Shown: positions 63,864 to 64,000 of the stretch, one piece after another
Layout: the number at the start of each line of letters is the position of its first letter
Position numbering within the stretch: the first letter of the stretch is position 1
DNA from: an uncultured Veillonellaceae bacterium
GTDB taxonomy: Bacteria > Bacillota > Negativicutes > UBA1444
Direction: 5' to 3'
DNA: 64,000 bases
NCBI GenBank assembly: GCA_964521625.1
Contig: CAZFSM010000014.1
Span: 27,061 to 91,060 of the forward strand
Position numbers and translations under genes: made by a program
The notes under the pieces: generated by a model
Database searches by the model: none
Told to the model about the DNA's origin: nothing
Seen by the model: the letters and a program-made list of their open reading frames with translations, nothing else

Positions 63864-64000
63864 TTGGCAATTAAACCAGCAATCCGAACAACACTATACA
63901 AAGAAGTCATAAGTCAGATGGTAGACCTTGTTAAACGTGAAGAATGGATAGCCGGCGACAAGATTCCTGGAGAACTGGAACTGGCACGCACATTTCAGGT
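63864..64000 (+). CDS. GntR-family transcriptional regulator, N-terminal part (runs off the window)
   Basis: A TTG start after AAAGGA gives LAIKPAIRTTLYKEVISQMVDLVKREEWIAGDKIPGELELARTFQ.. This is the typical GntR winged-helix opening (..GDKIPGELELA..). Confidence 0.6.
   Translation, partial: MAIKPAIRTTLYKEVISQMVDLVKREEWIAGDKIPGELELARTFQ

Overview
64-kb chromosomal segment, almost fully coding. The gene content fits an anaerobic diderm Firmicute (Negativicutes-like). That is an inference from a TonB/ExbBD system and TonB-dependent receptor sitting beside an ECF transporter, sigma-54 enhancer-binding proteins, AbfD-type acyl-CoA chemistry and Firmicute-type IS families. Left to right: (1) TctB/TctA transporter, with a lipoprotein start at the window edge, plus a DapA-family lyase and an IclR regulator. 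(2) MarR + GNAT. (3) modABC with a divergent HTH-PBP regulator and a COG4315-type secreted protein. (4) A long minus-strand block (about 9.1-24.9 kb) in two parts. Part i is a cobalamin riboswitch followed by a TonB-dependent receptor, ExbB, ExbD, TonB, a 563-aa signal-peptide/extracytoplasmic-domain/multi-TM protein, a fused ECF ATPase, EcfT and a membrane-anchored beta-propeller. Part ii is a Nik/Opp-type ABC importer with an embedded FmdE-family protein behind its own promoter and attenuator-like leader. (5) A decayed patch in which flavodoxin, MerR and IS256 are all inactivated. (6) Beta-carbonic anhydrase + OFA-type MFS. (7) A sigma-54-dependent acyl-CoA operon (MFS, CoA-transferase, AbfD-like dehydratase, acyl-CoA dehydrogenase, RibF-like). 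Its CBS/PAS activator is bracketed by an internally deleted IS3 and an intact IS30. (8) CoA-transferase / M20 peptidase / flavoprotein. (9) Back-to-back gene fragments. (10) CheW-like + MCP + LuxR-type response regulator, with a convergent PstS-like/histidine-kinase pair. (11) A second sigma-54-dependent operon (BKACE, GntP-type permease, 3-hydroxyacyl dehydrogenase, PanE-like reductase, AtoDA-type CoA-transferase) with its PAS activator. (12) A truncated crotonase, a visibly AT-richer patch (hypothetical, GNAT, M50 protease), a tRNA 3'-half remnant and the start of a GntR regulator. No rRNA, intact tRNA or CRISPR array was seen. The most noteworthy item is the riboswitch-controlled TonB/ECF hybrid uptake operon with two uncharacterised extracytoplasmic components. 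All family calls come from motif and sequence recognition by eye; no database search was run.
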